A stretch of 64,000 bases of DNA. Origin: Bryobacterales bacterium (GTDB lineage Bacteria > Acidobacteriota > Terriglobia > Bryobacterales > Bryobacteraceae). This document shows, one piece after another, positions 54,815 to 64,000 of the stretch. Every line of letters starts with the position of its first letter. Within the stretch, counting starts at the first letter, position 1. The DNA lies in contig CAWFCA010000013.1 of NCBI GenBank assembly GCA_963814235.1, positions 29,548 to 93,547 on the forward strand. Direction: 5' to 3'. A program made the position numbers and the translations under genes. Below the pieces are notes generated by a model. The model was not told where the DNA came from. It made no database searches and saw nothing but the letters and a program-made list of their open reading frames with translations.

Positions 54815-55594
54815 CTACCTCCATATGCGAACGCCGAATACGAGACGGGGAGCATGTACGGGCCTGCCTGACTGACGTGCGTATTCCGCAGTATTGCCAA
54901 ACGTTCCGGAGTAGGTGAAACCGATATAGGGCGCTAACTTCCTCGACAACTCGTAGCGCAACCGGAGGCCGCTGTCAAGATCGGAAAGGCCCGATCCAAG
55001 TCCCCGTGCAGGGTCGTCCTTATTGTAAAAATTCATCTCAAGCTGCGGCTGCAGAATCAGGCGCTGAGTAATCAGCATGTTGTAAGATCCTGCCACTCGC
55101 GCCGCCATGTGTCCGCCATCCCGGAAGTACAGAGTCGGCTCGAAATCAAAGTAATAGGGGGCGAGCCCTTCGATGCCGACTGCGCCCCATGTTCGTCTAG
55201 GACCAGAGTCCAAGTCCACGCGAACACCCCCCTGCCAATCGAAGTAGCGCAGACGAGGAATTGGCCGGTCGTAGAGAGCTTCCGTATCACCGTCACCAAC
55301 CCGGCCTCTCGAGACTGTCCCTTCCGACTTTAGCCAGAGTTTGTTCCGGTCTGTTCCGACCCAACCCTGACCGTCCCACCGGAATGCAGTGTCCGGACCG
55401 CTGGTACGACCCTCCAACTGGTCGAAGATTATCCGATTAAGAATGCGGTTGTCGTCAATGGGCGAAGGCCAGTCCGACGGGACCGGCTTCGAAGGATCTG
55501 TACTGGTCGCCGATTGACTCTGAGCATCAAGGGGCCATGTGAAGAGTGCCGCGATGGCGAGTAAAGCAAACATCAAACAGGGGGTCAGCTTCAC
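54815..55594 (-). CDS. copB: Copper resistance protein B (outer membrane)
   Basis: DQLE, WDGQGWVG..NKLWLKSEG, GIEGLAPY, LITQRLILQP, GLRLRYE..RKLAPYIG. Confidence 0.92.
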   Translation of the reverse strand: MKLTPCLMFALLAIAALFTWPLDAQSQSATSTDPSKPVPSDWPSPIDDNRILNRIIFDQLEGRTSGPDTAFRWDGQGWVGTDRNKLWLKSEGTVSRGRVGDGDTEALYDRPIPRLRYFDWQGGVRVDLDSGPRRTWGAVGIEGLAPYYFDFEPTLYFRDGGHMAARVAGSYNMLITQRLILQPQLEMNFYNKDDPARGLGSGLSDLDSGLRLRYELSRKLAPYIGFTYSGTFGNTAEYARQSGRPVHAPRLVFGVRIWR

Positions 55595-57453
55595 GAGACG
55601 ATTACCGTCCGGAACATGCCGGCCTCCATGTGATATAGCAGATGGCAATGGTAAGCCCAGCGGCCCGGTGTATCAGCACTGACGAGATAGCTAACTCGTT
55701 CCCCGGGCTTGACAATGACAGTGTGCTTGTACGGCAAATAGTCGCCGTGTCCGTTCTCCAGTTCACTCCACAAGCCGTGTAAGTGTATCGGGTGTTCCAT
55801 CATCGTGTCGTTGATCAGGATGATGCGGACCCGTTCACCGAGGGCCATGCGCAGCGGCTCCGCACTGGAGAACTTTTGGCCATCGAAACCCCAGATGTAC
55901 CGCTCCATGTTGCCCGATAAGTGAAGTTCGATGTCGCGACTCGGCGCGCGGCCATCCACGCCGCGATATAGCGCTTTCAAGTCAGCGTAGGTGAGAACGC
56001 GCCGGCCATTTCCGTTGAGCCCGTCGCCAGGCTTATCCAGGCGGGAAGTGGGGTGCATGGCAACGTTGTTGACCGTCGCGCCCATGTGGAGCGGTCGATG
56101 AGTTTTGGGCTCGGTAACTGGGTGAGGCGGCACGTAACCGGGAGGCGGCATCAGACGGCTGGTTGACGGGCCGGGTTGAGGGAACGCGGCCGCTCCGAAT
56201 GCGCTGGAACTGGCCGAGGCGTCCGCAGTTTTCGGCATCGGCATCATCTGATGGCCCTTACCATCCATTTCGCCCATTCCGGAAGCTTTGCCCATGTCGC
56301 CCATTTTTCCCATGCCCGCCATTCCCATATCGATCATGGTGCGCATCGGTGCCGGATCGGAAGCGGGAACAGGTGCCGTCATGCCAAGACGGGGCGCGAT
56401 GGTTCCCCGCGCAAACCCGTGGCGAGCCTCGGGTTCCACAAACAGGGTGTATGCGGTATCGCCCTTGGGTTCGACAACGATGTCGTAAGTCTCGGCAACA
56501 CCCATACGGAACTCATCCACCGGAACCGGCTGCACGGGATTTCCGTCTGCGGCCACAACGGTCATCTGCAAACCTGGAATGCGTATATCGAAGAAGGTCA
56601 TGGAAGAGGCGTTGACAAACCTCAGGCGAATTCGCTGCCCCGGCTCGAAAAGTGCGGTCCAATTTTCAGCGGGAGGTTTCCCGTTGATCAGGTAGGTATA
56701 GGTAGACCCAGTGACGTCCGAAATATCGGTGGGTGTCATGTTCATGCGTCCCCACATCAAGCGATTGGAGACGGTCGACGCCAGACCTTTGCTCTTCACA
56801 TCCTTGAAAAATGTGCCGGTAGTGCGTTTTTGAAAATTATAGTAATCGCTTTGCTTCTTCAAGTTCCCAAAAACGATTTCTGGATTCTGATCGGTCCAGT
56901 CGGACAACACTACGGCGTAGTCGCGGTCAAACTCGATCGGGTCCTTTTCACGCGGCTCAATGATGAGGCTCCCGTACAAGCCGGTCTGCTCCTGAAAACG
57001 GCTATGGCTGTGGTACCAATAAGTGCCGTTTTGGCGTACCGGAATTTTATAGACGAAGGTTTCGCCCGGGAGAATGCCGCGAAAACTCAGACCCGGCACA
57101 CCATCCATTCCAGCAGGTGAACGAACGCCGTGCCAATGAATGGACGTGGCTTCCGGGAGCCGATTGGTTACCGAGAGTGTCACGTTATCGCCCTCTCTCC
57201 ATTTGAGGATCGGGCCGGGAACTAGTCCATTGACACAGGTCGCTCGCGAATTCTTTCCCGTAAAGTTTACTGGAGTCGAATCAATCACGAGGTGGAAGGT
57301 GTCGCCAGTGAGTACTGCTGGCTGAGCAGGCATCCGCGCCAGCAAGGTGCCCGCAAAACGGGACACCGCAGCGAGTGCAGCCGTACCTTGCACAAAGCGG
57401 CGGCGACTCCACATGGACGGAACGTTAATATTAGGGAGGTCAGAGTTGGGCAT
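55591..57453 (-). CDS. copA: CopA-family periplasmic multicopper oxidase (Tat)
   Basis: SRRRFVQG, IHWHG, WYHSH, Met-rich insert, HPIHLHG, YHCHLLYHMEAGM. Confidence 0.93.
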   Translation of the reverse strand: MPNSDLPNINVPSMWSRRRFVQGTAALAAVSRFAGTLLARMPAQPAVLTGDTFHLVIDSTPVNFTGKNSRATCVNGLVPGPILKWREGDNVTLSVTNRLPEATSIHWHGVRSPAGMDGVPGLSFRGILPGETFVYKIPVRQNGTYWYHSHSRFQEQTGLYGSLIIEPREKDPIEFDRDYAVVLSDWTDQNPEIVFGNLKKQSDYYNFQKRTTGTFFKDVKSKGLASTVSNRLMWGRMNMTPTDISDVTGSTYTYLINGKPPAENWTALFEPGQRIRLRFVNASSMTFFDIRIPGLQMTVVAADGNPVQPVPVDEFRMGVAETYDIVVEPKGDTAYTLFVEPEARHGFARGTIAPRLGMTAPVPASDPAPMRTMIDMGMAGMGKMGDMGKASGMGEMDGKGHQMMPMPKTADASASSSAFGAAAFPQPGPSTSRLMPPPGYVPPHPVTEPKTHRPLHMGATVNNVAMHPTSRLDKPGDGLNGNGRRVLTYADLKALYRGVDGRAPSRDIELHLSGNMERYIWGFDGQKFSSAEPLRMALGERVRIILINDTMMEHPIHLHGLWSELENGHGDYLPYKHTVIVKPGERVSYLVSADTPGRWAYHCHLLYHMEAGMFRTVIVS

Positions 57454-57684
57454 AGTTTCTGCGTTCGCAATCGTGGACAACTTTTCTTTCTCTACGCCGC
57501 ACCTTTCGATTCCAGAGACGGAAAGCAATGTCAGAGAGCGGCGTATGAACTCTGGCTGAAGTAGATTATTGAAGACTGCGCAAGTCTATCAATCAGTAAC
57601 CGCTCAGAATCCTAAACCCTTGGGCACTTGTGGGGCCATTGTACACTTCAAATCACCCGCTGAACAGATGTGAGCGTTGGGGGG

Positions 57685-59577
57685 CTATTCAACCTGAATA
57701 ACGAGCATTAAGCCTCCCCCGCCGTGTTCCTCCACATTATTGTTCGCCGTGTGATGCGGAATATGGCAGTGAATCAGCCATTTGCCCGGTTTGCGAGCAG
57801 GCCATATCACGTCATATCGCTGTCCAGGCCCAATGCTCACAGTGTCGGCCAGGAAGCGGGCCGACTCTGGAATCGTTTCGCCGTCTCGCGCGACAACCGT
57901 GAACGGTCCACCGTGTATGTGCATGGGGTGGACGAAGTTGTTATTCGTCCCGATGAACCGTACTTTCAACGTTTCACCAACCTTCATCCGGATGGTGTCA
58001 GTGGAGGGGTATGCCTTGCCGTTAATCGTGAAGTAGTTTGCCAGCCCCCCTTCCATGAACATTGCCGGATACGTCAATCCCTCGCGCTTTAACCACTCCT
58101 GAAGCTGAATCACGTATTCGTGGTCCGCCTTCACCTCTTTGGCCGGATCAGCCGGGTCAATGACGATGGCGCCGTAAAGTCCAAGCGACTGCTGCCGGTC
58201 TGGCGCATAGTGAGGGTGGTAAAAATACGTGCCGGCCTGCACAGCGGTGAACTCGTAATTGTATGTCCCTCCCGGCTGAATAGGCTTCTGCGTAATGTCT
58301 CCAGGCCCGTCCATCTGATTCGGAACGATCAAGCCATGCCAATGTACTGTGGTCGCTTCGGGAAGCCGGTTATGAACTACGATCCGGACGTGATCGCCTT
58401 GGCGGAAATGCAGGCGCGGTCCGGGGATCTGCTGATTGTATGCATAGGCGTCCACGGCGACATTCGGAAGAATGTGCCACCGGATCACGGATGCCTCGAG
58501 GTGAAAACTTTTGACTCCATTCTCCTCGATGGGCGACAGGGATCGATCACCGCGTTCAGTTACTGCAAAATCTCCGCTATGGAGCGCAGGATCAACGAAA
58601 GACATGTCGCGCATAGCCGCGGCAGGGGTGTCGCGATCCATGATCATCCCCTTTGGCATCACCAGACCTCCTACATCGCGTGCGCTCAGCGACATGTTGA
58701 CAAAATTGGCGGGGGAAATCATTCCTACCGCCAAAACACACATCGAGAACATCGCGACGGCGGCCTTCTGCGGCAACGTTATCTTTTGAGCACCGTCGGG
58801 ATTTGGGTCATGTCCCGCATGTTTGCCGTCGCCGCTCTTGGCTGAATCACTGTGTTCCATAGCTTTGTGCGAACCGTTGGTGGGGGAGTCCGCCGCAAAC
58901 TTTGTTCCCGGCTTCCTCTCCGTCATCAACCCATGCTTGATCCCCTTCGAAACCATCCACACGTTTACCGGGTAGGCCATCAGAAACCCAGCCGTTACCC
59001 CCAGGGACATGATTCCCCAAAACAGCAATTGCGTAGGTTCCATGGCTCGCATGTCCCTTCCCATCATCAGAAGGCTCATCACCGGCGCCATGGCGGCCAT
59101 CATAAAGTTCATACTGATGAACTCAGGCAGAAACGACCTCTTCACGTTCTCCCAATAGGTTCCGCCCATCATGTTCTTCATGAATAAAGATTGGAAGATA
59201 AACAGACCGAATGAGAAGCCGGCAAGGTATTCGACGATAAGGTCGATCTTCATCGGCAATCCAAGCGATGCTGTGATTACTGCAGCCGATATGATCCCGG
59301 TCGCGTCGCCTGCAATGCAATGTATCGTGCTTCCTACGCCTTGCTTCCACAACGGCTGGATAAAGGCCTCGTGAGTTCCGGGCCTAGGCTCTTTGTCTGC
59401 GAGGACATACAGGAGAAGTCCTAATGGCCCCATGTAAAGAGTGACAAGAATGAACCCCCACTGCATCACGGTGGGCTCCGGATTATTGCGAAACTGATCG
59501 AAGGCAACGTAAAGGGTGGAGCCTGCAGCTAACACGAACCAGACGAGAAGGAAGTAGTCAATTGGCTGAATAAGCAT
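57685..59577 (-). CDS. DUF4396 membrane domain fused to a two-domain multicopper oxidase
   Basis: STIHCIAGD, AYPVNVWMV..GIKHG; VHWHG, YHPH, HPMHIHG, HCHIPHH. Confidence 0.85.
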   Translation of the reverse strand: MLIQPIDYFLLVWFVLAAGSTLYVAFDQFRNNPEPTVMQWGFILVTLYMGPLGLLLYVLADKEPRPGTHEAFIQPLWKQGVGSTIHCIAGDATGIISAAVITASLGLPMKIDLIVEYLAGFSFGLFIFQSLFMKNMMGGTYWENVKRSFLPEFISMNFMMAAMAPVMSLLMMGRDMRAMEPTQLLFWGIMSLGVTAGFLMAYPVNVWMVSKGIKHGLMTERKPGTKFAADSPTNGSHKAMEHSDSAKSGDGKHAGHDPNPDGAQKITLPQKAAVAMFSMCVLAVGMISPANFVNMSLSARDVGGLVMPKGMIMDRDTPAAAMRDMSFVDPALHSGDFAVTERGDRSLSPIEENGVKSFHLEASVIRWHILPNVAVDAYAYNQQIPGPRLHFRQGDHVRIVVHNRLPEATTVHWHGLIVPNQMDGPGDITQKPIQPGGTYNYEFTAVQAGTYFYHPHYAPDRQQSLGLYGAIVIDPADPAKEVKADHEYVIQLQEWLKREGLTYPAMFMEGGLANYFTINGKAYPSTDTIRMKVGETLKVRFIGTNNNFVHPMHIHGGPFTVVARDGETIPESARFLADTVSIGPGQRYDVIWPARKPGKWLIHCHIPHHTANNNVEEHGGGGLMLVIQVE

Positions 59578-59601
59578 ATTGAGAACGATTACAACGTTTG
59601 G

Positions 59602-62058
59602 TTACAGAACTACCTTCCGCAGGCGCAGAGCGTTCGCAATAACAGAAACTGAACTAAATGTCATCGCGGCACTTGCAATCATCGGGCTCAGCAGAATTCC
59701 GAAGAAGGGATAGAGGATTCCGGCTGCCACAGGTACACCCAGTACGTTATACAAAAACGCGAACAGGAGGTTCTGGCGAATGTTCCGCATCGTGGCGCGA
59801 CTCAGCCGCAGGGCGCGCACTATCCCGCGAAGGTCTCCCTTAACGAGGGTGACGCCCGCGCTTTCCATCGCTACGTCGGTGCCCGTCCCCATAGCGATAC
59901 CTACCTGAGCCTGCGCCAGCGCTGGGGCATCGTTCACGCCGTCTCCGGCCATCGCAACGATCCGACCTTCCGCTTGTAGCTTCTTTACTGCCTCGCTTTT
60001 CTGATCGGGCAGAACGTCCGCCTGAATCTGATCGATCCCAACTTGCCCCGCTACCGCTTCCGCAGTCTGGCGATTGTCCCCAGTGATCATGACGATTTTG
60101 ATTTTCTCGGCGTGCAGCATGCGGATCGCTTCGGCTGTAGATTGCTTGATCGGATCGGAGACTCCGATCAGCCCGGCTGCCTTGTCATCAACAGCGATGA
60201 AGATCACCGTCTCGCCTCTGGAGCGTAGGTCGCCGAGCTTGGCTTCCAGCGGGGCTGAGGGAATTGACTGTTCCTCAAACAATTTCGCGTTGCCGGCCAT
60301 CACCTTGTGACCGTCCACCGTTCCCGTTATGCCTTTGCCTGTAATCGACTGAAATCCGCTCACTGACGCGAGGGTGATTCCCTTCGCCACTGCGCCACTC
60401 ACGATGGAAGAGGCTAAAGGATGTTCACTTGCTTTCTCAAGGCTCGCGGCAAGGCGGAGCAGTTCATCTTCCGATTGACCGTCAACGCACAATACTGTTG
60501 CCAACCGGGGTTTCCCTTCAGTAAGAGTTCCGGTCTTATCGACTACGAGCGTGTCTACTTTCTGTAAAGTCTCCAGAGCTTCGGCGTTGCGGATCAGCAC
60601 GCCCGCGCTTGCGCCCCGGCCAGTGCCGACCATAATCGACATAGGTGTCGCAAGCCCCAACGCGCATGGGCACGCGATAATGAGCACCGCGACGGCGTTG
60701 ACGATCGCGTGAGCGAAGCGTGGCTCCGGGCCATAAATGGCCCACAGCGCAAAGGTGATTAGGGCCACACCAATTACAACGGGCACAAAGTATGAAGCGA
60801 CTACGTCTGCGATCCGCTGTATCGGAGCTCGCGTCCGCTGCGCCTCGCCCACAAGGCGGACTATGTGGGCAAGCACCGTATCAGCGCCGATGCGCTCCGC
60901 TTTCATGACGAAGCCCCCAGTACCGTTTACCGTTCCGCCTGTAACCTTGGCTCCTGCGCTTTTCTCCACGGGGATCGGTTCGCCCGTGATCATCGATTCG
61001 TCTATCGAGCTGCTCCCTTCAACCACCACTCCGTCAACCGGAACGCTTTCTCCAGGGCGTACACGCAACCTGAAGCCAATGGCGACTTGATCGAGCGGTA
61101 GATCTTCCTCCGCACCGCTGTCCCTGAGAACGCGAGCGCTCCTGGGTGCCAGCCCCAGAAGTGAACGCAATGCGCTACTTGTTTGGCTTCGCGCGCGCAA
61201 CTCCAGCACCTGGCCGAGAAGGACTAACGTCACGATAATGGCGGCAGGTTCGAAGTAGATGGCAACCTCGCCGCCAGCCCCCCGGAATGACGGCGGGAAG
61301 ATGTTCGGTGCAAACGTGGCGATAACACTGTAGACGTAGGCGGTTCCGGCACCCATTGCGATGAGCGTGAACATGTTCAAGCTCCGATGAATCAACGATG
61401 CCCAGCCGCGTGCGAATAGCGGCCATCCTGCCCACAGAACCACCGGGGTCGCAAGAGCAAACTCGATCCACGTTACCAGCCGGTTGCCAATCAGATGCTG
61501 GACCAGCATGCCGGGCAGGAAATCACCGATCATCAGGAGCAATATAGGAACACTGAGCATCAACGCCGTCCAAAACCGCCGCGTCATATCAGTCAGTTCC
61601 GGATTTTGAGCATCTTTGGTGACCGTTCGCGGTTCAAGAGCCATGCCGCAAATTGGGCACGCTCCCGGTGCGTCGCGAACAATTTCCGGATGCATTGGAC
61701 ACGTGTATTCCGTACGGGCGACCGGAGGTGCTATGGTCAGCGGTTCAAGAGCCATCCCGCACTTGGGGCATGGACCGGGCGCTCTGGTCAGAATCTCGGG
61801 ATGCATCGGACAGGTGAATTCAGAACCAGGTCCGGCTTGATCCTTGGCCGGTACCGCGGCGATTTCCTTTTCTCCAGTCTTGATGTATCTTTCGGGTGCC
61901 GCCTGAAACTTGACGAGACACGATTTGCCACAAAACCAGTAAGGACTGCCCTGATATTCAGTCGTTCCGGCCGCCGTTTCTGGATTCACAACCATCCCGC
62001 AAACCGGGTCCAGGATGATTTTGTCAGGTCGAAGCACGTCGATGGCACCTTGAGTCAT
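59602..62058 (-). CDS. Cu(I)/Ag(I) P1B-type ATPase with YHS and two CPMHP metal-binding domains
   Basis: DPVCGM, TCPMHP x2, [35 protein letters not shown]. Confidence 0.95.
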   Translation of the reverse strand: MTQGAIDVLRPDKIILDPVCGMVVNPETAAGTTEYQGSPYWFCGKSCLVKFQAAPERYIKTGEKEIAAVPAKDQAGPGSEFTCPMHPEILTRAPGPCPKCGMALEPLTIAPPVARTEYTCPMHPEIVRDAPGACPICGMALEPRTVTKDAQNPELTDMTRRFWTALMLSVPILLLMIGDFLPGMLVQHLIGNRLVTWIEFALATPVVLWAGWPLFARGWASLIHRSLNMFTLIAMGAGTAYVYSVIATFAPNIFPPSFRGAGGEVAIYFEPAAIIVTLVLLGQVLELRARSQTSSALRSLLGLAPRSARVLRDSGAEEDLPLDQVAIGFRLRVRPGESVPVDGVVVEGSSSIDESMITGEPIPVEKSAGAKVTGGTVNGTGGFVMKAERIGADTVLAHIVRLVGEAQRTRAPIQRIADVVASYFVPVVIGVALITFALWAIYGPEPRFAHAIVNAVAVLIIACPCALGLATPMSIMVGTGRGASAGVLIRNAEALETLQKVDTLVVDKTGTLTEGKPRLATVLCVDGQSEDELLRLAASLEKASEHPLASSIVSGAVAKGITLASVSGFQSITGKGITGTVDGHKVMAGNAKLFEEQSIPSAPLEAKLGDLRSRGETVIFIAVDDKAAGLIGVSDPIKQSTAEAIRMLHAEKIKIVMITGDNRQTAEAVAGQVGIDQIQADVLPDQKSEAVKKLQAEGRIVAMAGDGVNDAPALAQAQVGIAMGTGTDVAMESAGVTLVKGDLRGIVRALRLSRATMRNIRQNLLFAFLYNVLGVPVAAGILYPFFGILLSPMIASAAMTFSSVSVIANALRLRKVVL

Positions 62059-62100
62059 ATACCCTCTACCCCTATGTTAACAGATACCCCCATACCCTAT
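62059..62100. promoter_or_regulatory. Two CsoR/RcnR/FrmR-type operator-like sites
   Basis: ATACCCTCTACCCCTAT (62059-62075) and ATACCCCCATACCCTAT (62084-62100) directly upstream of the ATPase start. Confidence 0.55.
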
Positions 62101-62153
62101 TACGCAACGCAGGCAGGGGGCCGGGTCGGCCCTGTGTCCGCGTTGCGAAACGC

Positions 62154-62300
62154 TTATTCCTGCAGATACTGAGCAGGATTCTGATCGAACTTCTGTTTGC
62201 AGCCTGCCGAACAAAAGTAATATTTTGTGCCGGCGTGCTCGCTGGTACCTGCCGCATGGGCTGGATCTACATCCATGCCACATACCGGGTCCTTTTTCAT
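62154..62300 (-). CDS. YHS-domain protein (48 aa)
   Basis: MKKDPVCGMDVD..YYFCSAGCKQKFDQNPAQY; AGGAGG upstream. Confidence 0.85.
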   Translation of the reverse strand: MKKDPVCGMDVDPAHAAGTSEHAGTKYYFCSAGCKQKFDQNPAQYLQE

Positions 62301-62340
62301 AGCGTTCACCTCCTTTCAACATGACGTTCACGCAATTCCT

Positions 62341-62450
62341 TTAGGAAATGCGCACGACTGTAGACATACCACCAAAGCCGCTCGAGAAATTGTTTGCCTG
62401 ATGGTGAGCGATGTGGCAATGGAACGGCCACACTTCCGGTGTTCCCATAA
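62341..62450 (-). pseudogene. 3' remnant of another multicopper oxidase
   Basis: GTPEVWPFHCHIAHHQANNFSSGFGGMSTVVRIS*. Confidence 0.7.
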
Positions 62451-62544
62451 ACGCGTCGGCAAGCCTCGGGAAAGATCGAATGGCCACAGACCCAGCAGCG
62501 CGGAGACGTTATCGAAAGCGCCGGATGTTCCTCTCTGGAAGTGA

Positions 62545-62874
62545 CTACTTCGCTGTAGCTATCTCCGATACCATGATCGTCTTCCCATCGGAAGCCAAGT
62601 CTCCCGTGAGACGAACCGTTTTGCCGTCCGGATTCTTCAGGCCCGTCAGAGTTTGGTTCGCGATCCCATAGACTTTGCCGTCAGCGACGAAGGCGTATTT
62701 CGCGCCACCCTTCGCACAAGCCGCGATGCACTCTTTTGGATTTTTGCCCATGTCTCCCATCCCGGCATGGCTGGCACCGCACATGCTGTCGGTGATTTGT
62801 CCTGTCCATGTTTTCTGCGCGGCGAATCCTGGCAGTGATAACAGAGCGGTTATGAGTACTACTTTCATCTGCAT
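62545..62874 (-). CDS. Exported hypothetical protein (Cys/Met/His, possible metal binder)
   Basis: Signal; WTGQITDSMCGASHAGM..CIAACAKGG. Confidence 0.7.
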   Translation of the reverse strand: MQMKVVLITALLSLPGFAAQKTWTGQITDSMCGASHAGMGDMGKNPKECIAACAKGGAKYAFVADGKVYGIANQTLTGLKNPDGKTVRLTGDLASDGKTIMVSEIATAK

Positions 62875-62904
62875 GATTTCTTCTCTTTCCTGTTTTCGAG
62901 TTCG

Positions 62905-63249
62905 TTAGTCTTTGTGCTCAGCGTGGGCTGGCGCCCCGGTTGTACTCGAGCCCCACTTCACGCTCATAGCGACCAGCTTCTTTTCGGTGCTCTCTTTAGC
63001 ATTGATGGCCACTCGTTCGCCCTTCTTCAGGTCTTTGAGAGCTGCCTTTTCATCGCTGTGCGTATACGTAGTGGACGCGTCAACAATGACGGTCACGCTT
63101 GTGTGTTTCACCGTTTCGACCGTGATGGAACTTTCGGATACGGCGGTTACAGTGCCCAGCACATGTTCGATGCCATTGTGGGCGTAGGCGATAGCGGACC
63201 CCATCACGAAGGCGACTAACGCGAGTAGTGATGTTCGTCTGTGGTTCAT
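62905..63249 (-). CDS. Exported hypothetical protein (OB-like; N-terminal His)
   Basis: AYA-HNGIEHVLGTVT, LKDLKKGERV. Confidence 0.7.
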   Translation of the reverse strand: MNHRRTSLLALVAFVMGSAIAYAHNGIEHVLGTVTAVSESSITVETVKHTSVTVIVDASTTYTHSDEKAALKDLKKGERVAINAKESTEKKLVAMSVKWGSSTTGAPAHAEHKD

Positions 63250-63260
63250 ATGGTTCTCCT

Positions 63261-63875
63261 TTAGTGTTTGTGGTGCTGCGACGTTTCCGCTGGATTCTGG
63301 CCGTTCAGAAACTGTTCTTCCTGTTTTTCTTGCTCTCGATCCTCGGGGCCTTTTGGATTCAACTTCTCCATTTCCGACATTTCACGGGCGGAGATCCACG
63401 GAAGGTGCCGGATGAAATGCACCAGCTTCCATGAATCCTTCGCTCCAGCCTCCGTGCCGCCCCAGGCCGGCATTCCGCTCAGGCGAATGCCGTTCTCGAT
63501 GATGTAGAAGAGTTCCCCGTCCGCGAGCTGCTGAGTTTGGTCCTTCCTCATATCCGGGGCATGAGGATACATTTGCCGGCCCATTTCGATCTGCCCGCTA
63601 CCGTCGTTGCCATGGCAAACCGCGCAGTGATCTGCCCAATGGGCCATAGCTTCATCGAGAACCTCTTTCGAGTTCGCGATGGGATTTAGCTTCTGCTTCT
63701 CCCCTGCTGGCATCGCCAGCGTCCGGGCTGTCCGGGCAGCAGTAACTTCGAGAGCGGACGGTGCGTCTCGCGCACTGAATCCATTCGCACCGAACTTCAG
63801 GAAAAGCAGTCCGCAGACTCCAGCAATGATGATCACCGAAATCGCCCCAACCGCTATCAACATTAGAGTCCGCAT
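63261..63875 (-). CDS. Membrane-anchored cytochrome c
   Basis: CAVCHG, MYPHAPDM, NGIRLSGMPAW. Confidence 0.88.
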   Translation of the reverse strand: MRTLMLIAVGAISVIIIAGVCGLLFLKFGANGFSARDAPSALEVTAARTARTLAMPAGEKQKLNPIANSKEVLDEAMAHWADHCAVCHGNDGSGQIEMGRQMYPHAPDMRKDQTQQLADGELFYIIENGIRLSGMPAWGGTEAGAKDSWKLVHFIRHLPWISAREMSEMEKLNPKGPEDREQEKQEEQFLNGQNPAETSQHHKH

Positions 63876-63890
63876 CGCATAACTCCCTGT

Positions 63891-64000
63891 CTACTGCGCT
63901 GCGCCTTGCGGAGCGGAAGCGCCGTTACCCAGCTGATTGCCGGTCGCACTCACCTGCCCAATGCCGCCCGAGCCCATCGGCATTGAGAGCCCATCCATTA
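63891..64000 (-). CDS. 3' end of an upstream gene (partial)
   Basis: Open frame MDGLSMPMGSGG...GAAQ* ending at 63891. Confidence 0.5.
   Translation of the reverse strand, partial: MDGLSMPMGSGGIGQVSATGNQLGNGASAPQGAAQ

Noticed and set aside
56260-56345. Short CCCAT repeats
   Set aside because: Coding Met-Gly-rich copper-binding insert of the CopA multicopper oxidase.

Overview
Acidobacteria-like DNA (Bryobacteraceae/Solibacter style), judged from the PadR + duplicated MacB permease pair, the secDF-tonB-exbBDD-TPR layout and tandem carboxypeptidase-regulatory-like proteins. About 1-19.3 kb is core genome: AtuA/carboxyltransferase, OmpA, tgt-yajC-secD-secF-tonB-exbB-exbD-exbD-TPR, relA/spoT. 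At about 19.32 kb an MBL-hydrolase gene is cut off by an IS256-like end and a mosaic accessory region runs to the window end. It holds an IS630 element and a ~23 kb sulfur-handling module (25.5-48.8 kb), then decayed genes, a Tn3 end and a copper-resistance cluster. The sulfur module has an ArsR regulator, persulfide dioxygenase-rhodanese, TauE, TolC/MFP/RND, YgaP, a SoxB-like hydrolase, TlpA, DsrE, YeiH/LysR, SorAB, cytochrome c and a single-chain cbb3-type oxidase. The most notable hidden element is an unannotated 68-aa membrane ORF (36887-37093) with an in-frame UGA followed by a SECIS-like hairpin, a candidate selenoprotein inside the sulfur operon. Single-base indels also break housekeeping genes (relA, tonB), so many frameshifts may be sequencing errors. 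All calls come from reading the sequence; no searches were run.
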